The notes: generated by a model not told the origin, from the letters alone. A DNA stretch of 64,000 nt from Acidovorax sp. (GCF_046294525.1 NZ_JBKBKQ010000001.1:231263-295262), one strand, 5' to 3'; numbered from the stretch's first letter, positions 1 to 10,555 are shown. Program-made: numbers and translations.

Positions 1-24
1 TCCTCGTTTCTGGGGGGGGTGGAT

Positions 25-675
25 TCAGGCGGCGGGGCGAATGGGCAGGCCCACCAGTTGCTCCAGCTCAGCGTGCGACAGGCCGGGCACGGTGTCGATG
101 AGCTGCAGCCCGGTGGGTGTGCAGGCCAGTGTGCACAGATCGGTGTAGATGCGCTTCACGCAGGCGACACCGGTGAGCGGGTAGGTGCATTGCGTGACGA
201 TCTTGCTGGCACCCTGCTTGGTCAGCAGGTCCATCATCACCCAGGTCTGCTTGGCGCCGATGGCCAGGTCCATGGCCCCGCCCACGGCGGGGATGGCGCC
301 GGGCTCGCCCGTGCTCCAGTTGGCCAGGTCGCCCGTGGCGCTGACCTGGAAGGCGCCCAGCACACAGATGTCGAGGTGCCCGCCGCGCATCATCGCGAAG
401 CTGTCGGCGTGGTGAAAGTACGCGCCGCCGGGCAGCAGCGTGACGGGCTGCTTGCCCGCGTTGATCAGGTCATAGTCCTCCAGCCCCGCAGCGGGCGCCG
501 GGCCCATGCCCAGGATGCCGTTTTCGCTTTGCAGGATGACCTCGCGGCCTGCCGGGATGTGATTGGCCACCAGGGTCGGCTGACCGATGCCCAGGTTGAC
601 GTAGGCGCCGTCGTGGATGTCTTGCGCCACGCGCTTCGCCAGTTCTTCTTTACTACGCTTTTGATAGCTGCTCAC
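25..675 (-). CDS. pcaJ: 3-oxoadipate CoA-transferase (succinyl-CoA:3-ketoacid CoA transferase) subunit B
   Basis: 216-aa ORF with glutaconate/3-oxoacid CoA-transferase beta-subunit-like sequence (SENG...MGP, ...GGAMDL), immediately downstream of the subunit A gene. Confidence 0.8.
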   Translation of the reverse strand: MSSYQKRSKEELAKRVAQDIHDGAYVNLGIGQPTLVANHIPAGREVILQSENGILGMGPAPAAGLEDYDLINAGKQPVTLLPGGAYFHHADSFAMMRGGHLDICVLGAFQVSATGDLANWSTGEPGAIPAVGGAMDLAIGAKQTWVMMDLLTKQGASKIVTQCTYPLTGVACVKRIYTDLCTLACTPTGLQLIDTVPGLSHAELEQLVGLPIRPAA

Positions 676-704
676 GCTTACTCCTCAGGCGGCAGGTGCC
701 AATT

Positions 705-1406
705 TCATGCTGATTTTTTGAATCCACCCGCCTGGGTCGCAGTGCGCGCGATCTGAACCACATGGCTCACGTAGATGCCGGGGGTGACGATGGCTTCGGG
801 GTCCAGCGCGCCCAGCTCCACCACCTCGTGCACGGTGGCAACCGTGGTCTTGGCAGCCGTGGCCATCACGGGGCCAAAGTTGCGCGCCGACATGCGGTAG
901 GTGAGGTTGCCCCAGCGGTCGCCCTTCTCGGCCTTGATCAGGGCCACGTCGCCGTGGATGGGGTACTCGAGCACGTAGTGTTTGCCGTTGATCTCGCGCG
1001 TCTCCTTGCCCGCAGCCAGTTCAGTGCCATAGGCGGTGGCGCAGAAGAAGGCGCCGATGCCCGCACCCGCAGCGCGCAGACGCTCGGCCAGGTTGCCCTG
1101 GGGCACGAGTTCGAGCTCCAGCTTGCCGCTGCGGTACAGGACGTCGAACACGTAGCTATCCACTTGGCGCGGAAAGCTGCAGATGATCTTGCGCACCTGG
1201 CCCGCCTTGAGCAACGCGGCCAGGCCCTGGTCGGCGTTGCCTGCGTTGTTGTTGACCACCGTTAGGTCACGCGCCCCCTGGGCGATGAGGCCATCGATCA
1301 GCTCGCCCGGAATGCCGGCGGTGCCGAACCCGCCTATCAACACCGTGGCACCATCCTTCACCCCCGCAAGGGCCTGGGCCACCGAGTCCGCCAGTTTGTT
1401 GATCAT
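705..1406 (-). CDS. pcaI: 3-oxoadipate CoA-transferase subunit A
   Basis: 233-aa ORF with a CoA-transferase alpha-subunit N-terminus (GGFGTAGIPGELI, LTVVNNNAG); it overlaps or abuts pcaJ. Confidence 0.8.
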   Translation of the reverse strand: MINKLADSVAQALAGVKDGATVLIGGFGTAGIPGELIDGLIAQGARDLTVVNNNAGNADQGLAALLKAGQVRKIICSFPRQVDSYVFDVLYRSGKLELELVPQGNLAERLRAAGAGIGAFFCATAYGTELAAGKETREINGKHYVLEYPIHGDVALIKAEKGDRWGNLTYRMSARNFGPVMATAAKTTVATVHEVVELGALDPEAIVTPGIYVSHVVQIARTATQAGGFKKSA

Positions 1407-1497
1407 TGCAACGCTTTCTTGGTTTCTCTGTTGTCTCTTTGAAATTTGTTCATATATAGAACAAATGTTCGCTTAAAGAATTATAGTTTGCATACGT

Positions 1498-2298
1498 ATG
1501 AATTCCCAAACCCCTGAAGCCAAAGACCCCAAACCGAGCGACAGCTATGTGCAGTCGTTCGCGCGCGGGCTGGAGGTGATCCGCTCGTTCAGCGCGGCCA
1601 CGCCGCAGCAAACCTTGAGTGAAGTCGCCGCGCAGACAGGCCTCACGCGCGCCGGCGCGCGCCGCATCCTGCTCACGCTGCAGACGCTGGGTTATGTGGA
1701 GACGGACGGCAAGCTGTTTCGCCTGACCCCGCGCATCCTGGACCTGGGGTTTGCGTACCTGTCCTCGCTGCCCATCTGGAACCTGGCCGAGCCGGTGATG
1801 GAAGACCTGGTGGAAGAGGTGCGCGAGTCGTCATCGGCGGCAGTGCTCGACGGCCTGGACATCGTCTATGTGCTGCGCGTGCCCACGCACAAGATCATGC
1901 GCACCAACCTGGGCGTGGGCTCGCGCCTGCCCGCGCCGTGGACGTCGATGGGCCGCGTGCTGCTGGCATCGCTGCCCGACGACGAACTGGAGGCCCGGCT
2001 GCAGGGCCACCCCATGGAGCGGTTCACCGAGCACACCACCACCGACGTGGATGCGCTGCTGGCCCACATCCGCACGGCACGCCAGCAGGGCTGGTGCCTG
2101 GTGAACCAGGAGCTGGAGGAGGGCCTGATATCCATTGCCACGCCCCTCACCGACCGCGCGGGTCGCACGGTGGCGGCGCTCAACATCAGCGGCCAGGCCA
2201 ACCGCACGAGCGAGGCGCAGATGCGCGAGCAGATGCTGCCCGCGCTGCTGCGCGCGGCGCGCATCATCTCGCGCATGATGGGCGCGCCGGGCCACTGA
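1498..2298 (+). CDS. pcaR: IclR-family transcriptional regulator (pca regulon regulator-like)
   Basis: 266 aa with an N-terminal HTH (SLSEVAAQTGLTRAGARRIL) and an IclR effector domain; it is divergent from pcaIJ. Confidence 0.7.
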   Translation: MNSQTPEAKDPKPSDSYVQSFARGLEVIRSFSAATPQQTLSEVAAQTGLTRAGARRILLTLQTLGYVETDGKLFRLTPRILDLGFAYLSSLPIWNLAEPVMEDLVEEVRESSSAAVLDGLDIVYVLRVPTHKIMRTNLGVGSRLPAPWTSMGRVLLASLPDDELEARLQGHPMERFTEHTTTDVDALLAHIRTARQQGWCLVNQELEEGLISIATPLTDRAGRTVAALNISGQANRTSEAQMREQMLPALLRAARIISRMMGAPGH

Positions 2299-2356
2299 CT
2301 GGCCCCCCAAAAAAAAGAAAGCCCGCGCAATGCGGGCTCACTTGGGCGTTGAACGC

Positions 2357-3874
2357 TTATGCAACAGCGGCCACGCCGGCACCGCGCTTCTTGCGCGCCA
2401 GCAGGCGCAGAAGGGGGGGCACCGACACCATGGCGGCCGCGCCAACCCACAGGCTGATGGAGATGGGGCTTTCCACCAGAATGCCCAGCTCGCCGTTGGT
2501 GATGGACAGCGCGCGGCGCAGGTTCTGCTCCATCATGTCGCCCAGCACAAAACCCAGGATCAGCGGCGCCATGGGCACGCCGCGCTTGCGCAGCAGGTAG
2601 CCCGCCACGCCAAAGCCGGCCATCAGCAGCAGGTCGAACGTGGTGGCATGCACCGAATACACACCCACCGCGCTCACGGCCAAAATGCCGGGCACCAGCA
2701 TCCAGTTGGGCAGGCGCAGCACGCGGGTGAACACGCCCACCAAAGGGATGTTGATAAACAGCAGCATCACGTTGGCGATGAACAGCGAGGCGATCAGCCC
2801 CCAGACCAGCGTGGGGTTCTGCGTGAACAGGGCGGGGCCGGGCGTGATGTTGTAGAGCGACAGCGCGCCCACCATCACCGCCGTGGTGCCCGAGCCCGGC
2901 ACGCCCAGCGTGAGCATGGGCACGAACGAGCCTGCGGCCGAGGCGTTGTTGGCGGCTTCGGGTGCCGCCACACCGCGGATGTCGCCCTCGCCAAAGCGGC
3001 CATCTTCACCGGCCAGGCGCTTTTCCATGGAGTAGGTCATGGCACTGGCAATGGTGGCACCCGCGCCCGGCAGCACGCCCACCACAAAGCCCACCACGCT
3101 GGAGCGCAGCGTGCTCCACCAAGTCTGCGCCACTTCCTTCAGGTTGAAAAGGCTCCGGCCGGTGACCTGGATGATCCCTTCGTTGCGGTGGTGCTGCTCC
3201 AGCATCAGCAGGATTTCGCTGACCGAGAACACGCCGATCACCACCACGATGAACTGGATGCCGTCAGACAGGTGCACGCTGTCGCCGGTGAAGCGGTACA
3301 CGCCCGAGTTGGAGTCCAGCCCCACGGTGGACAGCGACAGGCCGATGACGGCGGCCAGCACTGCCTTCATGGGCGCATCGCCCATCAGGCCCGTGATGCA
3401 GGCAAACGCAAAACACATCAGCGCAAAGTATTCGGCCGGTCCAAAGGCCAGCGCCCAGCGGGCCAGCAGCGGCGCGAACAGCACGATGCCCGCCGTGGCC
3501 ACCAGCGAGCCGATGAAGGAGCTCCAGGCCGAGATCGACAGCGCCACGCCGCCCAGCCCCTTGCGGGCCATGGGGTAGCCGTCCAGCGCGGTCATGATGG
3601 CGCCCGCGTCGCCGGGCACATTGAGCAGGATGGACGAGATGCGCCCGCCGTATTCGCAACCCATGTAAACGGCAGCCAGCAGGATCAGCGCCGTCTCGGG
3701 CGGCAGCTTGAGCGCAAAGGCCAGCGGCATGAGAATGGCCACGCCGTTGATGGGTCCCAGGCCCGGCAGCATGCCCACCACGGTGCCGATGAATGCACCC
3801 AGCGCCGCCACCATCAGGTTGGAGGGCGTGAGTGCCACGCCAAAGCCGGACCACAGGTATTGCAGCGTATCCAT
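2357..3874 (-). CDS. tctA: tripartite tricarboxylate transporter large permease TctA
   Basis: 505-aa polytopic membrane protein with a TctA-family N-terminus ([28 protein letters not shown]), in an operon with tctB and tctC. Confidence 0.85.
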   Translation of the reverse strand: MDTLQYLWSGFGVALTPSNLMVAALGAFIGTVVGMLPGLGPINGVAILMPLAFALKLPPETALILLAAVYMGCEYGGRISSILLNVPGDAGAIMTALDGYPMARKGLGGVALSISAWSSFIGSLVATAGIVLFAPLLARWALAFGPAEYFALMCFAFACITGLMGDAPMKAVLAAVIGLSLSTVGLDSNSGVYRFTGDSVHLSDGIQFIVVVIGVFSVSEILLMLEQHHRNEGIIQVTGRSLFNLKEVAQTWWSTLRSSVVGFVVGVLPGAGATIASAMTYSMEKRLAGEDGRFGEGDIRGVAAPEAANNASAAGSFVPMLTLGVPGSGTTAVMVGALSLYNITPGPALFTQNPTLVWGLIASLFIANVMLLFINIPLVGVFTRVLRLPNWMLVPGILAVSAVGVYSVHATTFDLLLMAGFGVAGYLLRKRGVPMAPLILGFVLGDMMEQNLRRALSITNGELGILVESPISISLWVGAAAMVSVPPLLRLLARKKRGAGVAAVA

Positions 3875-3875
3875 C

Positions 3876-4385
3876 TCACCGCCCCCCGAAGATGAAGGCC
3901 AGCAGACCGGTGGGCAGGATCACGTCCAGCAGCTTGTCGAACATCAAGTACATCACCACGCCCATGCCCACCCCGGCAGCCAGCGACTGGCGCCAGGTGC
4001 CGCCAAACGCGATGCCCACGGGCAGCGCCATCAGCGCCGTGGCCAGCGGAAAGCCCAGCCACTGGAACAGCGTCACATACACGGCGATGGCCGCCAGCGC
4101 CAGCGCCAGCGGCTTGAGGTGCTGCCAGCGGTTGGCCGGGGCGCCCGTTACGCCCGGTACGCCTGCGGCATCCGCGTTAGCGTCGGCAGGTGCATGCGAA
4201 GCCGCCGCCGCACCGGGGCGCACCACCAGCCACGCGCCAGCGGCCACCATGAAGGCCGACAGCAGCAGCGGGAAGGCGCGCGGCCCCACGGGTTCGTACG
4301 AAATCTCGGCCGCGTAGCCTTGGGCGGCCCAGGCCATGCCGGCGCCCACGGCCACGGCCACAGCGCCCAGAATGCGATCACTCAT
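3876..4385 (-). CDS. tctB: tripartite tricarboxylate transporter small membrane subunit TctB
   Basis: 169-aa hydrophobic protein between tctC and tctA, with a 1-nt gap to tctA. Confidence 0.6.
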   Translation of the reverse strand: MSDRILGAVAVAVGAGMAWAAQGYAAEISYEPVGPRAFPLLLSAFMVAAGAWLVVRPGAAAASHAPADANADAAGVPGVTGAPANRWQHLKPLALALAAIAVYVTLFQWLGFPLATALMALPVGIAFGGTWRQSLAAGVGMGVVMYLMFDKLLDVILPTGLLAFIFGGR

Positions 4386-4476
4386 GTGGTTCTCCTCATG
4401 CGGCAGCCGCAGCTGCGCCCGGGCGGCATGCCCAGGCGGCTGCTCACGGCTGGCGTGATGAATGGGGAAGGGTCGG

Positions 4477-5469
4477 TTACTTGCTGACGTTCAGGCCGAA
4501 CTCGGCGGCCAGCGTGCGGTACTCGCCCACGCGCTTCTTCACGTAGGCATCAAGCTCAGGCCCGGTGAGCGTGAACTGGAACAGGCCGCGTTCGGCGCGC
4601 AGCTTCTGGAAGGCCGGCGTGGCCAGCATGCGGCTGAAGGTGTCCTGCCAGACCTTGTAGTCGGCATCGCTGACCTTGGGGCCCAGATAGAAGCCGCGGA
4701 TGATGGGCCATTCGATGTCCAGGCCTTGCTCCTTGGCGGTAGGCACTTGCGCCAGGCCACCGTCCAGCCGCTTGTCGGCCATCACGGCCAGCACGCGGAT
4801 CTTGGCGCCGGCCTTGATCTGCTCTTCGGCCTCGGACGCGTCGCCCGAGTACACGTGCACGTGACCCCCCTGCAGCGCAGTCAGCGCCTCGCCACCGCCT
4901 TCAAACGCCACGAAGCGCATGGACTTGGGGTTGAGCCCGGCCGCGCGCGCGGTGAGCGCAGCCTTCATCCAGTCCTGGCTGCCCACGGTGCCGCCCGCGC
5001 CAAACACCACCTTGGTGGGGTCGGCCTTCACGGCGGCAATCAGGTCCTGCAGGGTCTTGAAAGGCGACTTCTCGGCCACGACGACGGCGCCAAAGTCGGT
5101 GCCGATGGCGGCCAGCCAGCGCACGTCGTTTTCGTTGTAGCGGCCGAACTTGCCTTGTGCCAGGTTGAGCAGCGAGCCGCCGGAGAACGCCACCAGGGTG
5201 TTGGACTCGGCCGGGCGCTGCGCCACGATGGCGTTGTAGGCCACCGCGCCAATGCCGCCGGGCATGTACGAGATGCGCATCGCATCGCTGATGTGCTTGC
5301 CTTCCATCAGGCCCGACTGCACGAGCTTGCAGGTCAGGTCAAACCCGCCGCCGGGCTTGGCGGGTGCGATGCACTCGGGCTTGTCCAGCGGGCCAGCAGC
5401 GGCTGCGGTGGCGGCGCAGGCCAGCACCAGCGGCAGGGCCAAGGACAGGAAGGAAAACTTGCGGTTCAT
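4477..5469 (-). CDS. tctC: tripartite tricarboxylate transporter periplasmic substrate-binding protein TctC (Bug family)
   Basis: An internal Met (MNRKFSFLSLALPLVLACAATAAAA) gives a signal peptide, and the protein resembles Bug/TctC; the start was moved from the ORF-track Met at 5535 to 5469. Confidence 0.8.
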   Translation of the reverse strand: MNRKFSFLSLALPLVLACAATAAAAGPLDKPECIAPAKPGGGFDLTCKLVQSGLMEGKHISDAMRISYMPGGIGAVAYNAIVAQRPAESNTLVAFSGGSLLNLAQGKFGRYNENDVRWLAAIGTDFGAVVVAEKSPFKTLQDLIAAVKADPTKVVFGAGGTVGSQDWMKAALTARAAGLNPKSMRFVAFEGGGEALTALQGGHVHVYSGDASEAEEQIKAGAKIRVLAVMADKRLDGGLAQVPTAKEQGLDIEWPIIRGFYLGPKVSDADYKVWQDTFSRMLATPAFQKLRAERGLFQFTLTGPELDAYVKKRVGEYRTLAAEFGLNVSK

Positions 5470-5603
5470 GGGATCGTCTCCTGAAAAGTGTGTGTCCGGT
5501 CGGCAGAGCTGGCACGGGCTGAGCGGTGCACGCATGCCGACCGGTGCAGGGCACTGTATCGAGCGGCGACTTTCAAACCGCTTTCAGCGAAACGCCAAAA
5601 ATT

Positions 5604-7079
5604 TCAGGGTAAACCCGGTGCCATGGAGGGGGCCGTAGCCTGGTCCGCAGCGGCCATTGGCGGCAGGCAGAGACTCACGCACAGGCCCTGGCCCGCGGCC
5701 CCTGGGGCAAAGCGCAGCTGGCCGCCATGCCGCTCCACCACCGACTTGACGATGGCCAGCCCCAGGCCCGTGCCCGGCAGGCGGGCGCCGCTGGCGCGGT
5801 AGAAGCGTTCGCCCAGCCGCGCCATCTCAGGCTCGGCCACGCCGGGGCCCGTGTCCTCCACCATCACCGCCACGCAGTCGGCCTGGGTGCGCACGCGCAC
5901 CGTCACCTGCCCGCCGCGCGGCGTGTAGCGCAGGGCGTTGTGCAGCAAGTTGGACAGCGCTTCTTTGAGCAGCGCAGGGTGCGCCTGCGCCCAGGCGGGC
6001 TGGGGCGCGGGCTCCAGGCCCAGGTCCAGCCCGCGCTCGCGCGCATCGCTCCACCACTTGCGTGCCACGTCCCGCGCCAGGGCGTTCAGGTCTACGGGCT
6101 CGGCCGCAGCCTCGGCGCCCGCAGCGCTGTCGGCGCGCGCCAGCGCCAGCATCTGGTTGGTCTGGCGCACGGTCTCATCCAGCTGCTGCTTGATGGCTTC
6201 CAGCGCGCGGCGCTGCTCGTTGGCATCGGTCTCGCGCAGCGCAAAGCTGACCTGCGTGGCCAGCGTGGTGAGCGGTGTGCGCAGTTGGTGCGAGGCATCG
6301 TCCACAAACTGTCGGTGTGCCTGCGCCTGCCGGCGGTTGCGCTCCACATGGTGGTTGATGGCCTCCACCAGTGGCCGAACGTCGGCCGGTATGCCGTGCG
6401 TGGACACGGGCGTGAGGTCCAGCGCCGACCGCGACTGCACGCCGCTGCGCAGCCGCTGCAGCGGGCGCAGCGCCCAGCCCACGATGAGCACCATGGCGCC
6501 CATGGCCGCCACCACCAGCAGCACGTCCCGTGCAAGGGCCTGCAGCACCAGCACGCGGGTGAAGGCCTGGCGCGACTCCAGGGTTTCTGCAACCTGGATG
6601 ACCAGACGCTGCGGGCCCACCTGGCCTGCCAGCGGTGGGTCGATGAAGCGCGCGTACGAGCCGATGCGCACCGGCGTGTCGTAGTACACCGCGTCGCTGA
6701 ACTGCGGCCACTCTGTCACGAGCTCGTGCGGGGGCGCGGGCAGGTCGGCGTTGCCGATCTCCACCAGCTCGTTCTCGGTCGCCACGCGGTAGTACACGCG
6801 CCCGCTGGCCGTCAGCTCAAAGAACTCCAGCATGCGATAGGGCAGCTCCACGCCCAGACCTCCGCTGGCGGTGGAGATGTTGGCATCCATGGCCTTGATG
6901 GCGCCGAGCAACGACCGGTCGTAGGCCGCATTGGCAGCGTCCAGCGCGGTGCGCCAGGTCAGCCACAGCTCCATGCCCGCCAGCCCCAGCAAGCTGGGCA
7001 GCAGCACCAGCAGCAGCGTGCGCCGCAGGCTGAGCGTGTGCAACCGCTCCAGCAGGTCGCGGGCTTGCTGCCGGATCAA
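5604..7079 (-). CDS. tctE: sensor histidine kinase (TctE-like)
   Basis: 491 aa with two TM segments, an H-box (FVDDASHQLRTPL) and an HATPase_c G-box (GTGLGLAIVKSVVERHGG); it overlaps the response-regulator gene by 4 nt. Confidence 0.7.
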   Translation of the reverse strand: MIRQQARDLLERLHTLSLRRTLLLVLLPSLLGLAGMELWLTWRTALDAANAAYDRSLLGAIKAMDANISTASGGLGVELPYRMLEFFELTASGRVYYRVATENELVEIGNADLPAPPHELVTEWPQFSDAVYYDTPVRIGSYARFIDPPLAGQVGPQRLVIQVAETLESRQAFTRVLVLQALARDVLLVVAAMGAMVLIVGWALRPLQRLRSGVQSRSALDLTPVSTHGIPADVRPLVEAINHHVERNRRQAQAHRQFVDDASHQLRTPLTTLATQVSFALRETDANEQRRALEAIKQQLDETVRQTNQMLALARADSAAGAEAAAEPVDLNALARDVARKWWSDARERGLDLGLEPAPQPAWAQAHPALLKEALSNLLHNALRYTPRGGQVTVRVRTQADCVAVMVEDTGPGVAEPEMARLGERFYRASGARLPGTGLGLAIVKSVVERHGGQLRFAPGAAGQGLCVSLCLPPMAAADQATAPSMAPGLP

Positions 7080-7744
7080 GCCGCGTTCTCCAGCACGTAG
7101 CCCAGGCCACGCAGGGTGGTGATCTGCACGGTGGATGAAGCCAGGCGCTTGCGCAGGCGGTGCACCAGCACCTCGGTCACCTCCGGGTTCACGTCCTGCT
7201 CGTCGCTGAAGACGCGCTCGATGATCTCCTGCTTGGACAGCGGCTCGCCGCTGCGCTGGATGAGCGCGCGCAGCACGGCGTGCTCGCGCGGCGTGAGGGC
7301 CAGCGGCTGGTGGCCCAACGTGAACTGGCGCGCGCCCGGGTCGTACGCCAGCGGCCCGCAGGCCAGGCGCGGGTGCTCGCCCCCGCGCGCGCGGCGCACC
7401 AGCGCGACCAGGCGCGCCTCCAGCTCAGCCAATTCAAACGGCTTGGCCAGAAAGTCGTCGGCCCCTTCGTGCAGGGTGCTCACGCGCTCCATCAGCGAAT
7501 CGCGCGCGGTGAGGATGAGCACGGGCAGCGTGTGCCCCGCGTCGCGCAGGTCGGCCAGCACATCGTGCCCGCCCAGGCCGGGCAGGCCCAGGTCCAGGAT
7601 CAACGCGTCGTAGCGGGTGGCCTTGAGGCTGCGGCGCACCATGCGCCCGTCGTCCACCCAGTCCGCCTGAAAGTCGGCCTGCTGCAAGGCACGCACAAGC
7701 CACGTGGCCAGCTCGGGCTCGTCTTCTGCCAGAAGAATGCGCAT
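7076..7744 (-). CDS. tctD: OmpR-family response regulator (TctD-like)
   Basis: MRILLAEDEPELA receiver domain plus a winged-helix C-terminus; the start was set at the internal Met. Confidence 0.75.
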   Translation of the reverse strand: MRILLAEDEPELATWLVRALQQADFQADWVDDGRMVRRSLKATRYDALILDLGLPGLGGHDVLADLRDAGHTLPVLILTARDSLMERVSTLHEGADDFLAKPFELAELEARLVALVRRARGGEHPRLACGPLAYDPGARQFTLGHQPLALTPREHAVLRALIQRSGEPLSKQEIIERVFSDEQDVNPEVTEVLVHRLRKRLASSTVQITTLRGLGYVLENAA

Positions 7745-7855
7745 GGGACAACGGCCGCCGCCAAAGCAGCGGGAGAGTGAAAAGGCGGCCATTGTGCCGC
7801 TCCTTCACTCTCCCGTCGGGCGCGTTCCGCGGCGCCCCGTTTATCTACCCGCGCG

Positions 7856-8077
7856 TCAGTTGCGGCGGAAGCCCAGCACCAGCACCATGCCGCCCAGCAC
7901 CATCGCGCCCAGGCTGAGCCATTGCGGCACCTGAACAGATTCTTTTTCTTTCACAGTCAGCTCCAGGGGCCCGAGCTTGGCCTGCGTGGTGTCCTTGGTG
8001 AAGCTGAAGCCGCCGGTCAGGAACCCTGCCAGCCCCAGCACCAAGAGCAGCACACCTACGATTCGCATTGCAGTCAT
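7856..8077 (-). CDS. small hypothetical membrane protein (2 TM)
   Basis: 73-aa product from an internal Met (MTAMRIVGVLLLVLGLAGFLTGG...), with GC3-rich codon usage; upstream part of the ORF discarded as non-coding-like. Confidence 0.35.
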   Translation of the reverse strand: MTAMRIVGVLLLVLGLAGFLTGGFSFTKDTTQAKLGPLELTVKEKESVQVPQWLSLGAMVLGGMVLVLGFRRN

Positions 8078-8319
8078 GACAGTTCTCCCAAACAACCGGG
8101 CAGCAGCAAACACAAGAAGGGGAATCAACAAATACACGGGGTGTGCAAAGAAGACCCGGCTGGCTCCTCGTCTTTGCGCCACGCCACTGTAGGGTTGCCG
8201 CCGTTGCGCCCGCGTAGGACGCCGCCGCAGCCCTGCGTAGCGGGCACGCCTGAGAGATGCATTCCCCCCCCAACCCCACGCGCACATCGGCCAGGGGCTG
8301 CGTGCTACGCTCTCGCCCC

Positions 8320-8754
8320 ATGTTCAGCCCCTCCCAAGCCGACGTGCGCCGCTTTCTGTGCGGCGTGCATGCCAAAACCCGAGACGGCGCCCCCATGGAA
8401 GCCATCGAAACCCTGGCCAGCCTGTGGATCGCCGAGCATCCCGAATACCACGCCGACCTGTCCGACGCCGACGCGGCGGTAGCCCGCAACTACGACCAAA
8501 CGCCGGGCCAGACCAACCCCTTCCTGCACCTGTCCATGCACCTCTCGATCAGCGAGCAGTGCAGCATTGACCAGCCCCGCGGCATCCGCCAGGCGGTGGA
8601 GCTGCTGACCGCGCGGCTCGACTCATTGCACGATGCGCACCATGCCGCCATGGACTGCCTGGGGGAGATGCTGTGGGAGAGCCAGCGCGCGGGCCGCCCA
8701 CCGGACGGCGACGCGTACATTGCGTGCGTGCAGCGGCGCGCCACGCAGGACTAA
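8320..8754 (+). CDS. DUF1841-like conserved hypothetical protein
   Basis: 144 aa from MFSPSQ..., with NPFLHLSMHLSISEQ resembling the DUF1841 signature; a terminator follows. Confidence 0.45.
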   Translation: MFSPSQADVRRFLCGVHAKTRDGAPMEAIETLASLWIAEHPEYHADLSDADAAVARNYDQTPGQTNPFLHLSMHLSISEQCSIDQPRGIRQAVELLTARLDSLHDAHHAAMDCLGEMLWESQRAGRPPDGDAYIACVQRRATQD

Positions 8755-8786
8755 CCCTCTTACCTTGTCAACAGGCGCCGCTGCGT

Positions 8787-8846
8787 TGATATCATTTTGA
8801 TAGCTATTAGCGCTTGCTGCATAAGCGCTAGCGGCCATTTTTACTC
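8787..8846 (-). repeat. copy A of ~55-60 bp palindromic repeat family (core TAGCGCTT-N-AAGCGCTA flanked by AGCTAT and CAAAA)
   Basis: Its reverse complement aligns almost base-for-base with the copy at 18998-19057. Confidence 0.55.
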
Positions 8847-8860
8847 ATATCCGGAAGCAC

Positions 8861-8896
8861 AAAACAAAAAGCCCGCAAGACGCGGGCTTTGTTGTT
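8861..8896. terminator. bidirectional rho-independent terminator
   Basis: AAAGCCCGC-aaga-GCGGGCTTT hairpin with a T-run on both strands, lying between the convergent DUF1841 and cytochrome c4 genes. Confidence 0.5.
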
Positions 8897-8915
8897 CAAG
8901 CGATGGCTTTTACGT

Positions 8916-9578
8916 TCAGCGGAAGCGCGATTGCGGCGTGACGTGCAGGTCGCCCTCGATGCTGCCCAGGTAGTTAGACAGCGCCTTCAGCTCGGCGTTG
9001 GTGAACTGCTTGGCCACGCCGGCCATGATGGCGTTGCTGCGACCCATGGTGTTGTTCTTTTCCACCTTGTACGACTTGAGGGCCACGAACAGGTAGTCCG
9101 CGTGCTGGCCTGCGATCTTGGGATAGGACGGGTCGATGGGCTTGGCAAAGTTCTCGCCGTGGCAGGACACGCAGGCGCCCTTTTGCAGCAAGGCGGCCAC
9201 TTGCACGCTGGGCTCGCGCTTGGGTTTGGCGGCCAGCTCGGTGCTGGTCTTGCCGTGTTGTTCATAGTAGGCGGAGACGTCTGCGATGTCTTGTTCAGAC
9301 AGCGTCTCGGCGATGCCACGCATGGTGGGGTGCTTGCGCTCGCCCTTCTGGTAGGCGGTCAGTGCGGCGGCGATGTACTTGGCGCTCTGGCCCGAGATCA
9401 TGGGCACCTTGTGCACTTCCGGAAAGCTGGCCTGGTAGCCCGGGATGCCGTGGCAGCCAATGCACATGGCGATCTTTTGCTTGCCGGCTTCCACGTCGCC
9501 CTTGGCTTCCTGGGCATGGGAGATAGCGGTCACGGAAGCGACAGCCAGGGCGAATAGCGTGGTCAGCGTTTTGTTCAT
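8916..9578 (-). CDS. diheme cytochrome c4
   Basis: 220 aa with a signal peptide and two CxxCH haem-binding motifs (CIGCHG, CVSCHG). Confidence 0.8.
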   Translation of the reverse strand: MNKTLTTLFALAVASVTAISHAQEAKGDVEAGKQKIAMCIGCHGIPGYQASFPEVHKVPMISGQSAKYIAAALTAYQKGERKHPTMRGIAETLSEQDIADVSAYYEQHGKTSTELAAKPKREPSVQVAALLQKGACVSCHGENFAKPIDPSYPKIAGQHADYLFVALKSYKVEKNNTMGRSNAIMAGVAKQFTNAELKALSNYLGSIEGDLHVTPQSRFR

Positions 9579-9684
9579 TTTGCGCGCACAATCTCGTGGA
9601 AGTTCAGCTCTGGGCTCTGATCAACCGCAGATTATAGCCAGCGCCCTGTCAAGCCCATTCATCAACGATCCGGTGTTTTCCCCC

Positions 9685-10539
9685 ATGAAATTCCAAGGCT
9701 CCCAGAACTACGTCGCCACCCAGGACCTCATGCTCGCCGTCAACGCAGCCATCACGCTGCAACGGCCTCTGCTGATCAAGGGCGAACCTGGAACGGGCAA
9801 GACGATGCTGGCCGAGGAAGTGGCACAGGCGCTCGACATGCCGCTGCTGCAGTGGCACATCAAGTCCACCACCAAGGCCCAGCAGGGCCTGTATGAATAC
9901 GACGCCGTGAGCCGCCTGCGCGACAGCCAGCTCAATGACGAAGGCAGCGCCGAACGCGTGAAGAACATCCGCAACTACATCGTGCAGGGCGTTCTCTGGC
10001 AGGCCTTCACGGCCGACCGGCCGGTAGCGCTGCTCATCGACGAGATCGACAAGGCCGACATCGAATTCCCGAACGACCTGCTGCGCGAGATCGACCGCAT
10101 GGAGTTCTACTGCTACGAGACGCGCGAACTCATCAAGGCCAAGCACCGCCCGCTGGTGTTCATCACGTCGAACAACGAAAAGGAACTGCCCGACGCCTTC
10201 TTGCGTCGCTGCTTCTTCCACTTCATCAAATTCCCCGAGGCCGACACCATGCGGCAGATCATCAACGTGCATTTCCCCACGCTCAAGAGCGAGCTGCTGA
10301 GCGTGGCAATGAAGACGTTCTATGACGTGCGCAATCTGCCGGGTCTCAAGAAAAAGCCCTCCACCAGCGAACTGATCGACTGGCTCAAGCTGCTGGTGGC
10401 CGAGGACATTCCGCTCACCGCACTGCAAAGCGCCGACAACAAGGTGGCCGTGCCGCCGCTGGTGGGCGCGCTGTTGAAGAACGAACAGGACGTGAGCCTG
10501 TTTGAAAAGCTGGTGTTCATGAATCAGCGCAACCGCTGA
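9685..10539 (+). CDS. MoxR-family AAA+ ATPase (CoxD/NorQ/CbbQ-like)
   Basis: Walker A GEPGTGKT, Walker B LLIDEIDK and sensor TSNNE; the start was set at an internal Met to remove overlap with cytochrome c4. Confidence 0.8.
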   Translation: MKFQGSQNYVATQDLMLAVNAAITLQRPLLIKGEPGTGKTMLAEEVAQALDMPLLQWHIKSTTKAQQGLYEYDAVSRLRDSQLNDEGSAERVKNIRNYIVQGVLWQAFTADRPVALLIDEIDKADIEFPNDLLREIDRMEFYCYETRELIKAKHRPLVFITSNNEKELPDAFLRRCFFHFIKFPEADTMRQIINVHFPTLKSELLSVAMKTFYDVRNLPGLKKKPSTSELIDWLKLLVAEDIPLTALQSADNKVAVPPLVGALLKNEQDVSLFEKLVFMNQRNR

Positions 10540-10555
10540 AGACTGGAGCCCGGCC

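Noticed and set aside
2330-3895. 521-aa + strand ORF antisense to tctA, rich in Arg/His/Gly/Gln
   Set aside because: Typical high-GC antisense shadow ORF with low-complexity composition and no motifs; tctA on the opposite strand is a clear membrane-protein gene
5727-7100. 457-aa + strand ORF antisense to the tctE histidine kinase
   Set aside because: Arg/Gly/His-rich low-complexity translation; the opposite strand carries bona fide kinase motifs
9445-9684. N-terminal 80-aa extension of the MoxR ORF overlapping cytochrome c4
   Set aside because: The extension is antisense to the cytochrome c4 gene and lacks homology; the internal Met at 9685 gives a normal-length MoxR ATPase
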